64,000 nt of DNA from Paramoeba atlantica (taxonomy: Eukaryota > Protista > Discosea), in NCBI GenBank assembly GCA_977017575.1, contig CDRNVI010000065.1, positions 310,001 through 374,000 on the forward strand. Direction: 5' to 3'. This document shows, in pieces, positions 29,782 to 39,900 of the stretch. Under the pieces are notes generated by a model that saw only the letters and a program-made list of their open reading frames with translations, made no database searches and was not told the origin of the DNA. The stretch's first letter is position 1. Every line of letters starts with the position of its first letter. The position numbers and the translations under genes were made by a program.

Positions 29782-32700
29782 CTATTCCAATGCCTTCATG
29801 TTGGCCATTGTTTTTCCAACGACCGTCTCTGTGCCAAAAGAAACTTCAAGCTCTAATTCAGGCCACTTCTCGTTAAAAACCTCACGAACATTATTCAGTA
29901 TGCGACTCACGTTACCTGCTACTTCATGAACGACGCTCTTGTGACAGTCTACCCATACGCAATCATGTACAGTGTTTGTTAAGAAGGCCATGTTATTGTA
30001 ATTTTCTGTTTCGAGAAAATGTCTCCAGAGCCTTCCCATCATAACTTGAACAATTTCTCCTGCAAATCCTTGCACTGGATAATTTTTCAGTTGTGTAGAG
30101 AGAAAGCTCATCAAATTTGTGTCTGAAAAGCGGGAATTCGCAAACGCTGCTCGCTCAATTTCACCAAAAGTAAAACGCGTTCCTGTAAGTACACGAAATT
30201 CTCCTTTGTATGCACAGTTTCCGGTTTCAGTGCGACTTCCATCCTGAAGAGAAGGATTCCATGAGTTGACTGCGTGTGCCACAAGGTCGTAGAATCGTTT
30301 GACTTTATAATACATGGATTCCTCGTTTTGAATCAAACTTTTAACTTCATCGAACGAAAGACCAGTAGATTCGGAAAGCTTGGTAACTCCTGCCCCGTAC
30401 TGTCGCTGAAAAGAAAATATTTTGGCTCTTTGTCGTAGCTCCACAAATTCGGGAATTTTTTCTTTTTTTGCTTTCTGCAGAACTTCTTCGTATGAAAGGC
30501 CTGGTTTCATCATAGTGACACGTTTGCAATGAAAGTCGACTTTGTTAAGAAGATCTTGAGTCATTTGGGGATCCTTCGAGAGAGCACACATCACGACAAC
30601 TTCTAATTGAGAATAGTCTGCTTCCAACATGGAACCTTCTTCGCCAAACCGTGAAACAAAAAGGTTCCGCAGCTCGGTCGTCTTTGGAACATTTTGCATA
30701 TTTGGGTTTGCTGACGCCATTCTGCTTGTCGTCGTATGGCAGAGTGAAAGTTCATGATGAATGCAGTCATCACGATCATTCAACAGGCTCATCATCCCTG
30801 TTCCATCCATTTCATAGTAAGTACTTAGAAGTTTAGTGTTTCCTCGAAGTTCAAGAAGCAATTTTGCAATTGCCTCACCTTTGGCAGCAAATACCTCCAT
30901 GACTTCAATGTTTACGCTTTGATTTCCCTTTTCTGTCTTCGCTTTCTCAAGAAACTTTGCTCTCTCGTTCCTATCGGAAAAATATTGTTCCAGTTTTCCT
31001 GGAAAGGAGACTACAGTGTCAACGTCTTTATCAACTTCATGAGCAAAGCAGTCGTAGCTTGTTCCCACAGAAGAACCTATACAGTAAAGTAGATTCTGAA
31101 GAACTTCTCGTTGAGCAACGTCGTTGCCCTCAGAATTTATGCTTGTGAAAACTACTTTTTTAAGAAGTGTCCAAAAATCAGTGCAATCAATAGGTTTTTG
31201 ATAAGGGCCTCCTTTATACAACTCTACTGCCCGACAAAAGAAACTTTTCCGATCATCGTGAAAAATATTGTGACGTTCGAAGTAGGATAAAATCTCAAGT
31301 TCGGCTTCATCAAAAGAAATGAAGAGCACCCTTTCTCCATCCCCACCCTGGCAGAGTGATTCTAAGTTAATCTCTCCAGTATCCTTTCCTTCCGTGTTTG
31401 GTACAGAGTAATGCTCTTCAGTGTAGTGCGTTTCCGAGTTGCGTGACGTGGGTTTTAAAGGCTCATATAGCCATGGCTTATTTTCAGCAAAGCCACCACA
31501 TAATATTACTCTAAAATTGTAAGTCGCCTTCTTGGACACAAATGCTTTCAAGCGCTCTTGAACATTATCCTTTGTACCGCTCGTACGCAAACCTTGAGAT
31601 TTCAAATAAGGGATACTATATTTCTTTGCCGCAGCCCCACTAAATTTGTTCGCCAGAACGCAGAGTTCTACAGCTGCAGTTACATTCAAAGGCGTTCCAA
31701 GCATGCTAGGTTCCGCAACTTTGGCTTTTCCACCGTAGTACAAGGCGGAAAGTACTTGATTTGACGCCCAGTTAAAATGCTGGTGAAAGAGCAGAGGCAC
31801 TTCTGGGGGTATCAATTTCTTTAACCCGGCTTTTTGTTGAGCAATTACGAGCCGCAGAGCGTCGTATTGTCGTTTACCCTCTAATCTATCCATCTTCAAA
31901 CCGTTGAACTCCATCTCGGTTGTGCATGGCACAATATCCATCCGGGCTTCAATAACCAACGCTTGTTTGTTCGCCACAGCGATCTCTAGCTGCCTTCGGA
32001 ATATGCGCTCCGTATTACGAAGATCCCCCTCAAGGTATTCACGAAGCAAATTGGTGTCAATGTCGGCAGTGTCCACTCCGCGGTCCCACATGGCTTTGAT
32101 TGCATCTAGCTTTCGTGTCCCCCCGTAGCGTACGGCGACTTCGTTAAGGCCTGCACCCGTTCCTACACGAACCCTTTGGCCGCTAAGCAGATACTCCGCA
32201 TACATTGTATCCCACACACGTCCTCCGCGACGCAGAAATCGACGCAGCTCTGGGTCTTTCCATAACCACAGAAGATCAAATTTCAGGTTGTGTCCCACAA
32301 TCACGTCGTACTCGTCTAATGGCGGGAGTTTCATATCCTCACGATGCTGCAATTTCTCTTCTGGAATTGTGAGATTTCCGTTGAAGTCGAGGTAGCCTGG
32401 GAGAACCACACGATTCTGGTCACAAAAAGGACTCGCAATGCGCTTGTGGAATTTTTTCGTGGTTGTTTCCAAATCGAGTACAAGATAATTCGCATGGCGG
32501 AGACTCACACACGCTTCACGTACCTGGCGGTCAGAGGTGTCAAATGTTTTGTAGTACTTGGTGAGCTCTAGTTTCGTAGAAATGTCAACAAAGCCTTTAC
32601 TGAGGACTGTAAAAGTTTTTGGATTCGGTGGTTCCGGAACCTCAACGAATTTGCCGGGTGTCGACGTTGGAGAAGGCGAATATTGGTCTTGTGATTCATG

Positions 32701-34272
32701 GGTGGAATCCATACGCATTGTTACGGATTGTAAGTGCCTGAGAGCAAGGTTTAAAAAAGTAGAAAGCGCCGGAGGTTCACCGCCGAACATCGTAGCAACT
32801 CCTTTCCACGCTAATTTCGGTTCTTCTTCCAATGAAACTTGAGACTGCATCAAGCTTGAGTGTGAAAGCGCGTGAAGTCGGATTATTTTGTTTCGATTAG
32901 AATGAGCCAATTGCTCTAAATCGGAGAGTTTGGTCCCCTGGCACGGTATTAGTAGCACGTGAAGTCGAAAAGCTGTGTCAAAGTGGGTGCTGAGCTGTTG
33001 TACAATTTCGCTAAGTGAAGAAGCCTCGATTTTCAGCGAAGCATGCGTGCAAATGCTGAACATGTGGTATTTAAATACTGTCTTTCCTGACTTATCAGCT
33101 CCTACCTTGTAGGAAACGAAATTAATATCGAAAATTCCTCGCAGAGAAGAGAGCATTTGCTCTTCTGGAGAAGATTTACCACCCAAATGACGCAAGGTCA
33201 CTTTACAAGTCTCCCAAGCAAGAATGGCGTTACTTATTTCAGGTTGTGACTCCTTGCATTGAAATGATGAGCTGCATATCATGAAATATGCATCTTTAAG
33301 CGTTCTTGGCATGCGTAATCCCTTAATTCGACCAACGTGCTCGAAGAAAGCAGAAGAACACAATGCCATTGAATCTTGTAGAAGATGGCATTTGAATAAC
33401 TTGCAGATGTCTTCGACATGTGGATCAGAATACATGGGTAGAAGGGCTGCGCACGCCATAGGACCGATGCTAACACATTTTTTCTGGATCCAACTTCGAA
33501 CGTCTTCTACATCCTTCTTGTTACTGGGCTTGAAAACGCGATGCTCCTGACTTTGCACGTGAAACAGAGCAAATTTTTGAGGTGAAGAAGCCTTTATCAG
33601 CCCATTTAGAGGAGCCGTCGAAGCTGGAGTCTGCGTGGAGGATTGAATATCCCAGCCCAAAGCAAAAACAACATAACGAGGTGATACATTTTTAACGTGA
33701 TGTTGGACCCCTTCCGTGAGCTCTTCTACGGAGTTAGAATATTCCAAATTATGTGCCGCGCAATATGTTTTCAATAGCGCGGGAGTTAGCTTTGCAGTTC
33801 GGTACCCCAAAATAATCTGTCTGACTCGTGTTGAGGATAGAGTTTCTCTCCATTTGTAGTGACTGCGAGCAATGTGCCGTCCCCCCTGCAGGGTCGCAAT
33901 AGAGACCTCGCTCGACTCTTCAGAAGATAGTTTTTCCACTGGTTTTAGAAGAGGCACTGCAGGAGCTCTGCCTTTCCGACGAGAACCGACCTTTTCCGAC
34001 GAGAAAGGAAAGGCGGAGTTATCCCTTGCAGGCATATCACCATTACCAACCGAGGCCGGGGACGAAATCGATGATTCAAAATTCGACATATGATTCCTAG
34101 CATTCAGCTCAGTAGTATTTGAAGACTGGGGTGGAACGCCAGATGAATTTCTAATGAATTCTGAAGGTGTGGATGAAGATATGGCCTTCGCACCAAAATC
34201 ACTTTTGGGAACTGTAGTAGTGGCTGGTTTTTTCACCAGTCCCTTAATTTTAGAACGCAGAACGGCTAACAT
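29782..34272 (-). CDS. Family A DNA polymerase (kinetoplast Pol I-like) with intact 3'-5' exonuclease motifs
   Basis: ExoI LVLDLETT, ExoII HNLKFDL, ExoIII YLEGDL, TSRMASANPNMQNVP, motif A EADYSQLE, motif B RQRAKIFSFQRQYG, motif C TVHDC; long N-terminal extension. Confidence 0.95.
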   Translation of the reverse strand: MLAVLRSKIKGLVKKPATTTVPKSDFGAKAISSSTPSEFIRNSSGVPPQSSNTTELNARNHMSNFESSISSPASVGNGDMPARDNSAFPFSSEKVGSRRKGRAPAVPLLKPVEKLSSEESSEVSIATLQGGRHIARSHYKWRETLSSTRVRQIILGYRTAKLTPALLKTYCAAHNLEYSNSVEELTEGVQHHVKNVSPRYVVFALGWDIQSSTQTPASTAPLNGLIKASSPQKFALFHVQSQEHRVFKPSNKKDVEDVRSWIQKKCVSIGPMACAALLPMYSDPHVEDICKLFKCHLLQDSMALCSSAFFEHVGRIKGLRMPRTLKDAYFMICSSSFQCKESQPEISNAILAWETCKVTLRHLGGKSSPEEQMLSSLRGIFDINFVSYKVGADKSGKTVFKYHMFSICTHASLKIEASSLSEIVQQLSTHFDTAFRLHVLLIPCQGTKLSDLEQLAHSNRNKIIRLHALSHSSLMQSQVSLEEEPKLAWKGVATMFGGEPPALSTFLNLALRHLQSVTMRMDSTHESQDQYSPSPTSTPGKFVEVPEPPNPKTFTVLSKGFVDISTKLELTKYYKTFDTSDRQVREACVSLRHANYLVLDLETTTKKFHKRIASPFCDQNRVVLPGYLDFNGNLTIPEEKLQHREDMKLPPLDEYDVIVGHNLKFDLLWLWKDPELRRFLRRGGRVWDTMYAEYLLSGQRVRVGTGAGLNEVAVRYGGTRKLDAIKAMWDRGVDTADIDTNLLREYLEGDLRNTERIFRRQLEIAVANKQALVIEARMDIVPCTTEMEFNGLKMDRLEGKRQYDALRLVIAQQKAGLKKLIPPEVPLLFHQHFNWASNQVLSALYYGGKAKVAEPSMLGTPLNVTAAVELCVLANKFSGAAAKKYSIPYLKSQGLRTSGTKDNVQERLKAFVSKKATYNFRVILCGGFAENKPWLYEPLKPTSRNSETHYTEEHYSVPNTEGKDTGEINLESLCQGGDGERVLFISFDEAELEILSYFERHNIFHDDRKSFFCRAVELYKGGPYQKPIDCTDFWTLLKKVVFTSINSEGNDVAQREVLQNLLYCIGSSVGTSYDCFAHEVDKDVDTVVSFPGKLEQYFSDRNERAKFLEKAKTEKGNQSVNIEVMEVFAAKGEAIAKLLLELRGNTKLLSTYYEMDGTGMMSLLNDRDDCIHHELSLCHTTTSRMASANPNMQNVPKTTELRNLFVSRFGEEGSMLEADYSQLEVVVMCALSKDPQMTQDLLNKVDFHCKRVTMMKPGLSYEEVLQKAKKEKIPEFVELRQRAKIFSFQRQYGAGVTKLSESTGLSFDEVKSLIQNEESMYYKVKRFYDLVAHAVNSWNPSLQDGSRTETGNCAYKGEFRVLTGTRFTFGEIERAAFANSRFSDTNLMSFLSTQLKNYPVQGFAGEIVQVMMGRLWRHFLETENYNNMAFLTNTVHDCVWVDCHKSVVHEVAGNVSRILNNVREVFNEKWPELELEVSFGTETVVGKTMANMKALE

Positions 34273-34465
34273 GAGGTGGTTTCGATTAAAAGGTTTAATT
34301 TAAGAATTCACGTATTTTTTCAAAGTTTCAGTTGCATCAAATACTGCTTAATTACTCTTCACATGCATAACGCATAACTTTATACATTCTTTTCGCTACT
34401 CATAAAGTAAAAATCTAGCAACTCTGTGAACTACTCTACTAATAATATACACGCTACAGGGCGGT

Positions 34466-35881
34466 CTAAACTACAGCAGTTGGGACAGCCACGCCTGAGG
34501 TCTTCTCACGTAATGTGTCATACAAGGAGGCGTTCGATCGGCACAGCTTCTCTGGATCTTCCGCGAAACACACAAAGATCGTCATTACCCCACTCTGGAC
34601 TACGCCAAGAATCATGCTAAGTGTGACGACACCGATAAGAAGTCCGAGTAGAAAATGTACCGGAGAGAGCCCCCAGAGTAACCCGGACAGCCCCGAGAGG
34701 ACAGAGCCCCCGAGTACCATCAGGATATAGGCCGCCCCCAACAGACTGTCGTTAATGACAGCGAGAATACCGTTTGTTTTAATTAACTGCCACACCGCCT
34801 TGGCGGAGGGAACATAACTCGTGCCGTAGACTGCAACGTAGACATACGCGTACTCATTGAAATATTCCACTAAGGATTCAATGCAATTCAGCAGACACAT
34901 TACAATGCCGCGTACAAAGTGGTTCTCATTTCGCATTCCCTCCCGCGCGAGTGCTCGGATGGTTTTTAAAATAGCAACAATCAGCGACCCAAAGCACAGG
35001 GAGCCCAGACTATAAGTCGTGGCACGTCGCAGGGCCCCAAGCGTAGGGTTTCGTGGCATTTCATTTTCTCCCGCGTAGTACCACATCGCGACGACTCCAC
35101 ACGTGGTTACATGCGTGATAGCACTTAGAACTTGAGAGGTCCAGAACAATTGTAACAACCACGGCCATAATACCCTCTCCTCCACTCCCGAACTTGAGTA
35201 CCTCCATACCCCCGTGCCCCAGATGACGACATAGGCAAAGAAAAGAAGTGAGAACACCGCAGCGTTAGCCACAGTTGCCTTGTATTGATTCACCACATTG
35301 GCACTCGCTGTGAGACAACACGCGGCGAAGGGAATACGATGCCGCACGTAGTACAGCCACACCCCAGCTATCAAACAGAGTATTCCTGTGACAATACCAC
35401 TGACCATTTGGCCAGTAAAGAAGGACAGCAGTGCGGCAACCCCGAGTAGTGAGATGTAAAACACATTTCCGTAGAGGATTAATCCCTCAGCATGGGAGCG
35501 AATAAGCCATAGCAAAGGAATAGAGATCGAAACCGAGACAAGGGTAGCGGTGGAACCTACTCCCAGAGCTCGTGTCGTCGAGGGCCATTGCCATGCGTGC
35601 GTGTCATCGGCCTCAGGGTGCAGTGTGTGATCCGGGGGAGTCATCTCAAAGGTTTCGGGGTGGTGTAGATACTCGTGAAGACGGTAAGATCCGTACCCAA
35701 TCACCAACAGGGTGGTTAATATCCAAAGTACAGCAGCCCAAATGTCGCGGTATCCACCCGCTGAGCTAAACCGCTCCTCCCCCATGTGGTTTGTGCGTGG
35801 TGAGATCGGGGACCTCTTTAGGGGCTTGTCCTCGAAGCGGTGATAGTCGGAGGAAGCAAAGTCCCCGCTCCGTGACTTCAT
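34466..35881 (-). CDS. Choline transporter-like (CTL/SLC44/Pns1) membrane protein
   Basis: YRDIWAAVLW, multiple TM segments, HVTTCGVVAMWYY, RATTYSLGSLCFGSLIVAIL, FNEYAYVYVAVYGTSY..SAK, TIFVCFAEDP. Confidence 0.9.
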   Translation of the reverse strand: MKSRSGDFASSDYHRFEDKPLKRSPISPRTNHMGEERFSSAGGYRDIWAAVLWILTTLLVIGYGSYRLHEYLHHPETFEMTPPDHTLHPEADDTHAWQWPSTTRALGVGSTATLVSVSISIPLLWLIRSHAEGLILYGNVFYISLLGVAALLSFFTGQMVSGIVTGILCLIAGVWLYYVRHRIPFAACCLTASANVVNQYKATVANAAVFSLLFFAYVVIWGTGVWRYSSSGVEERVLWPWLLQLFWTSQVLSAITHVTTCGVVAMWYYAGENEMPRNPTLGALRRATTYSLGSLCFGSLIVAILKTIRALAREGMRNENHFVRGIVMCLLNCIESLVEYFNEYAYVYVAVYGTSYVPSAKAVWQLIKTNGILAVINDSLLGAAYILMVLGGSVLSGLSGLLWGLSPVHFLLGLLIGVVTLSMILGVVQSGVMTIFVCFAEDPEKLCRSNASLYDTLREKTSGVAVPTAVV

Positions 35882-36108
35882 GGATGTTCTAGGGTGCTAG
35901 GAAATTAAAAACAAAATTGGCTTGCTTCCAAAAATTCTCTACTGAAAAGAAATTAGTTAATGTTTAAAGGATGTACGAATCAACAACTCAACCGCAATGC
36001 ACTCTAAAATACTTTAAAGGCTTATAAATCGAAATCTCTTAACCGTTTTTTATAAGTTTCACGTCTTTCTTCCTTTCTCTCTTTCCTTCCTTCTTTCTCA
36101 CCCCCCCC

Positions 36109-36687
36109 TTACTTCTGTGCGTACTTAAACGACTTCACCTTCCACCCCCGGCTCGCCCTCTTCCCCCGCGCCCGCTCATTCCCCCGCGTCGCACACTTCG
36201 GCTTCGTATGCGACCCCGGGGTCCCGGGCGCCCCGTACCGTTTCACCACCTCCCGCCGGGACTTACGCCCCCGCAGCAGCACGGTGTCACGCCCCGTCGG
36301 GGACTCCCCCGCGAGTTGGTCAAACGTCAGGCACTCCCCCCCGGCCGCCGCAACCCGCCGCGCGGCCATCTTCGAGAACCGCAGCGCGCAGATCCGCAGC
36401 CGCGGGAGCGCCACGAGCCGCACGTCGTCGAGCACCGCGGTGGGGACGACCACGATGCGGTCCCCGGTGGTCCTCCCCGCGAGCTTGACGACCCGGGAGA
36501 GGGAGAGGGAGGCGCGGTGGGTGCGGGAGAGCATGAGACGGTGCAGGACCTTCTCGTTGAACCTCGAGGCGGTGCGGCGGGCGAGGAAGCGGTAGAGCCG
36601 GACCAGGAGAAGGAGCTGGGGGTTCGCGCTTTTGGGGGACTGGCGGACGGTGCGGGGTTTGGGGAGACCTTTGGTGTCACGACCCAT
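36109..36687 (-). CDS. RPL18: 60S ribosomal protein eL18
   Basis: PKSANPQLLLLVRLYRFLARRT..FNEKVLHRL, CALRFS..AAGGECLTFDQLA, PGTPGSHTKP, ERARGKRASRGWK. Confidence 0.95.
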   Translation of the reverse strand: MGRDTKGLPKPRTVRQSPKSANPQLLLLVRLYRFLARRTASRFNEKVLHRLMLSRTHRASLSLSRVVKLAGRTTGDRIVVVPTAVLDDVRLVALPRLRICALRFSKMAARRVAAAGGECLTFDQLAGESPTGRDTVLLRGRKSRREVVKRYGAPGTPGSHTKPKCATRGNERARGKRASRGWKVKSFKYAQK

Positions 36688-36725
36688 GGGGCGTGGTGCG
36701 TTGATAAAGTTTTAAAGAAAAAGGG

Positions 36726-36760
36726 CTAGGAAAAGAGGATGAAAAGGGTGGGATGGGGTT
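36726..36760 (-). promoter_or_regulatory. Putative trans-splice acceptor (polypyrimidine tract + AG) upstream of RPL18
   Basis: Minus strand reads ccccatcccacccttttcatcctcttttcctAG, about 40 nt before the ATG. Confidence 0.45.
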
Positions 36761-36981
36761 GTGTGATGTATGGTAAAGATCTACATCAAGGTGTGTTTCC
36801 TCGATTTTTCGAGTACATGGACTTAACTACAAAATTGACGTTTTATGTTATTCTAACAGAGCAAGTTTTTTTGAATAACGGCAGAAACGGATGACAGCTA
36901 GCGGATCGCGCCTGCAATGTACAAACTGTTGGATAAAGTCAACAAGGTGAAAAAAGCTAGGTGAACCTATAGATTATCTTC

Positions 36982-39900
36982 TTACCTGCACTTAAGTAGT
37001 TCCGTAAGCTCATTGGCACGGACAGTATAAACGACCGCGTGCGACGCCGGGGCGACTCTTCGGGAAACGTACACCACATTCTTGAGGTGGTAGTGCTTCC
37101 CTGCTACCAAGCCTTGCACGAATCGCAATGAGCGTGAGAAAAATCGGGACGACACAACCGTATCGTCGTCCCATGATAATTCAACCACTAGAGTACGAGC
37201 TGGGGAACCTGACTCCTGATTCGGCGTATAACGAGATTCAGAAATATCCACTTTAAAATGTGCATAGCGCGACTCAGCACTCCCACTTGTGTATGCAAGA
37301 TTCCTGAAATCAATCTCATTTCCTGAATCAAGGTCACAATCTAAGTTTATTGGGGAGCCTCCGTCCATTGCACTACTCTGTATGATATCTTCGAGCACTG
37401 CAACCAATGGGGATTCCTTATCGACTTTTGAAAAAGAGTTTTGCATGGCATATGATGCAGAGAAATCTCTCGTGACATCACGAAGGGCACAGCGACGTGG
37501 GTTTCCTGTTAATGCGGAACACTGAGCGTACGAAAGCTCCGGTCGGAAGTGAACGCGCTGGTTGCGGCTCGGTAAAAGATTATGCGCTCGCAGAATAGTT
37601 CCCTCGGTAAATTCAAAATTCTCCCATGTGCGATGTAGACTGTCGATATCCCCGAGTGGAGATGTTGGTGCGGGTGATAAAACTTCTTGAGAAAGGAACT
37701 TCTCTGAAGACTGTGAGGCTTTGTCATTTGAAGGCTTACGTGGATTAATATGCAGAGGAACTTCAATAGATAAAAGTGCACATGCCTGACTGCAGAAGAA
37801 CTTCATAACACTATCACGACTTTGAGCCGTCGTGTGTTTAGTACATTGCTTTTGCTCAAAATCAGTGCTAAGGAAACACGCACAATCTTGAACCAAGTAT
37901 GTAAGTATGGCGTGTATCCTCATATTCGTCATATCCCCTCCCGCACTTTGGAGCATGCGCTGGATGGCGGAGCTGTTCAACGAGTTTGTAATCTTTATAC
38001 TAGGGCGATTATCAGACGTTCTTGGCTCGTACAGCACGGAAGAGATACGAAAGTAGACAGGATACCTGCGAAGCACAGCAATGCGCAATGAAGAAATTCG
38101 ACCTCCATCTCGATTTACACTTGCAAGTGTTCGTAGGGGTAAGGAAAACGAAGTTATAGAACAGTGTGAGTACCAACCGAGTGGTTCACCCGAGATTGCG
38201 GGTAAAACATTATTGTGCTTTACACTGAGTTCAATTAAATTTTGATTTTCCTTGACAAGCGGATGTGAAAAGTGGCATGTCGTTTTGCGTTCAAGGCCTT
38301 TGACAATAAACTTCGTCACGATAGCCCCCTTTTTGAAAGCTTTTACCGAGGATTCGTCCGCTGCGATGTACAAGGACTTCCAGTACCTATTTAATACATC
38401 GTCCACATGAACTATTGCGCAGTACCATCCATCTGTTAGCAACCAGTTATCTCCACCATCATAACCTATTAATTGCAGCACTAATGTGGCTTCCGAGCAT
38501 TCCAATCCTTCGTAGAACAGGAAAAAAGGACTACGGTGCTCGCAATCGCGCTCAAGTCGGTGCCGTTCGAAAAGGTTCGAGCACAACATGTCCAACTTTA
38601 AGCAAGGTAGTCGTTGAATCATGATACTGCACAGCAAGTGATGATAAACCCATTTTTTGCAATCTACACCGGCATACATTATCAGAGACTCACAACGTAC
38701 ACACGCAGATTTAAAAAGTGGTAGACTCCCACCTAACATGGCTGAAATGTCGTCTGACAGTACATCCAACATGAGGGTTGTACAAAACTTTAACGCACCG
38801 TCACCTTTCAGCGCGTCATTGACAAACAATACATACATGCTACTCGTAGCAACATTACACGTGTTGCATGATGCTGCGTCAGGTGTCCAGCTCGTGGGGA
38901 CCGGTAAGTCAAAATGTGACTGCGCCTTCTTCATGCTTTCCTCCGAAACGGGAAGCGGACGCCCACTTGCAGTCTGAAACATGAGTGCATCATTGCCGGA
39001 TACCTCAGCCTTACTCGTAGCAACATTACACGTGTTGCCTGATGCTGCGTCAGGTGTCCAGCTCGTGGGGACCGGTAAGTCAAAATGTGACTGCGCCTTC
39101 TTCATGCTTTCCTCCGAAACGGGAAGCGGACGCCCACTTGCAGTCTGAAACATGAGTGCATCATTGCCGGATACCTCTGCCTTACTCGTAGCAACATTAC
39201 ACGTGTTGCCTGATGCTGCGTCAGGTGTCCAGCTCGTGGGGACCGGTAAGTCAAAATGTGACTGCGCCTTCTTCATGCTTTCCTCCGAAACGGGAAGCGG
39301 ACGCCCACTTGCAGTCTGAAACATGAGTGCATCATTGCCGGATACCTCAGCCTTACTCGTAGCAACATTACACGTGTTGCCTGATGCTGCGTCAGGCGTC
39401 CAGCTCGTGGGGACCGGTAAGTCAAAATGTGACTGCGCCTTCTTCATGCTTTCCTCCGAAACGGGAAGCGGACGCCCACTTGCAGTCTGAAACATGAGTG
39501 CATCATTGCCGGATACCTCTGCCTTACTCGTAGCAACATTACACGTGTTGCCTGATGCTGCGTCAGGTGTCCAGCTCGTGGGGACCGGTAAGTCAAAATG
39601 TGACTGCGCCTTCTTCATGCTTTCCTCCGAAACGGGAAGCGGACGCCCACTTGCAGTCTGAAACATGAGTGCATCATTGCCGGATACCTCAGCCTTACTC
39701 GTAGCAACATTACACGTGTTGCCTGATGCTGCGTCAGGCGTCCAGCTCGTGGGGACCGGTAAGTCAAAATGTGACTGCGCCTTCTTCATGCTTTCCTCCG
39801 AAACGGGAAGCGGACGCCCACTTGCAGTCTGAAACATGAGTGCATCATTGCCGGATACCTCAGCCTTACTCGTAGCAACATTACACGTGTTGCCTGATGC

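Noticed and set aside
36208-36729. Plus-strand 173-aa and 103-aa ORFs over RPL18
   Set aside because: Antisense shadows in GC-rich sequence.
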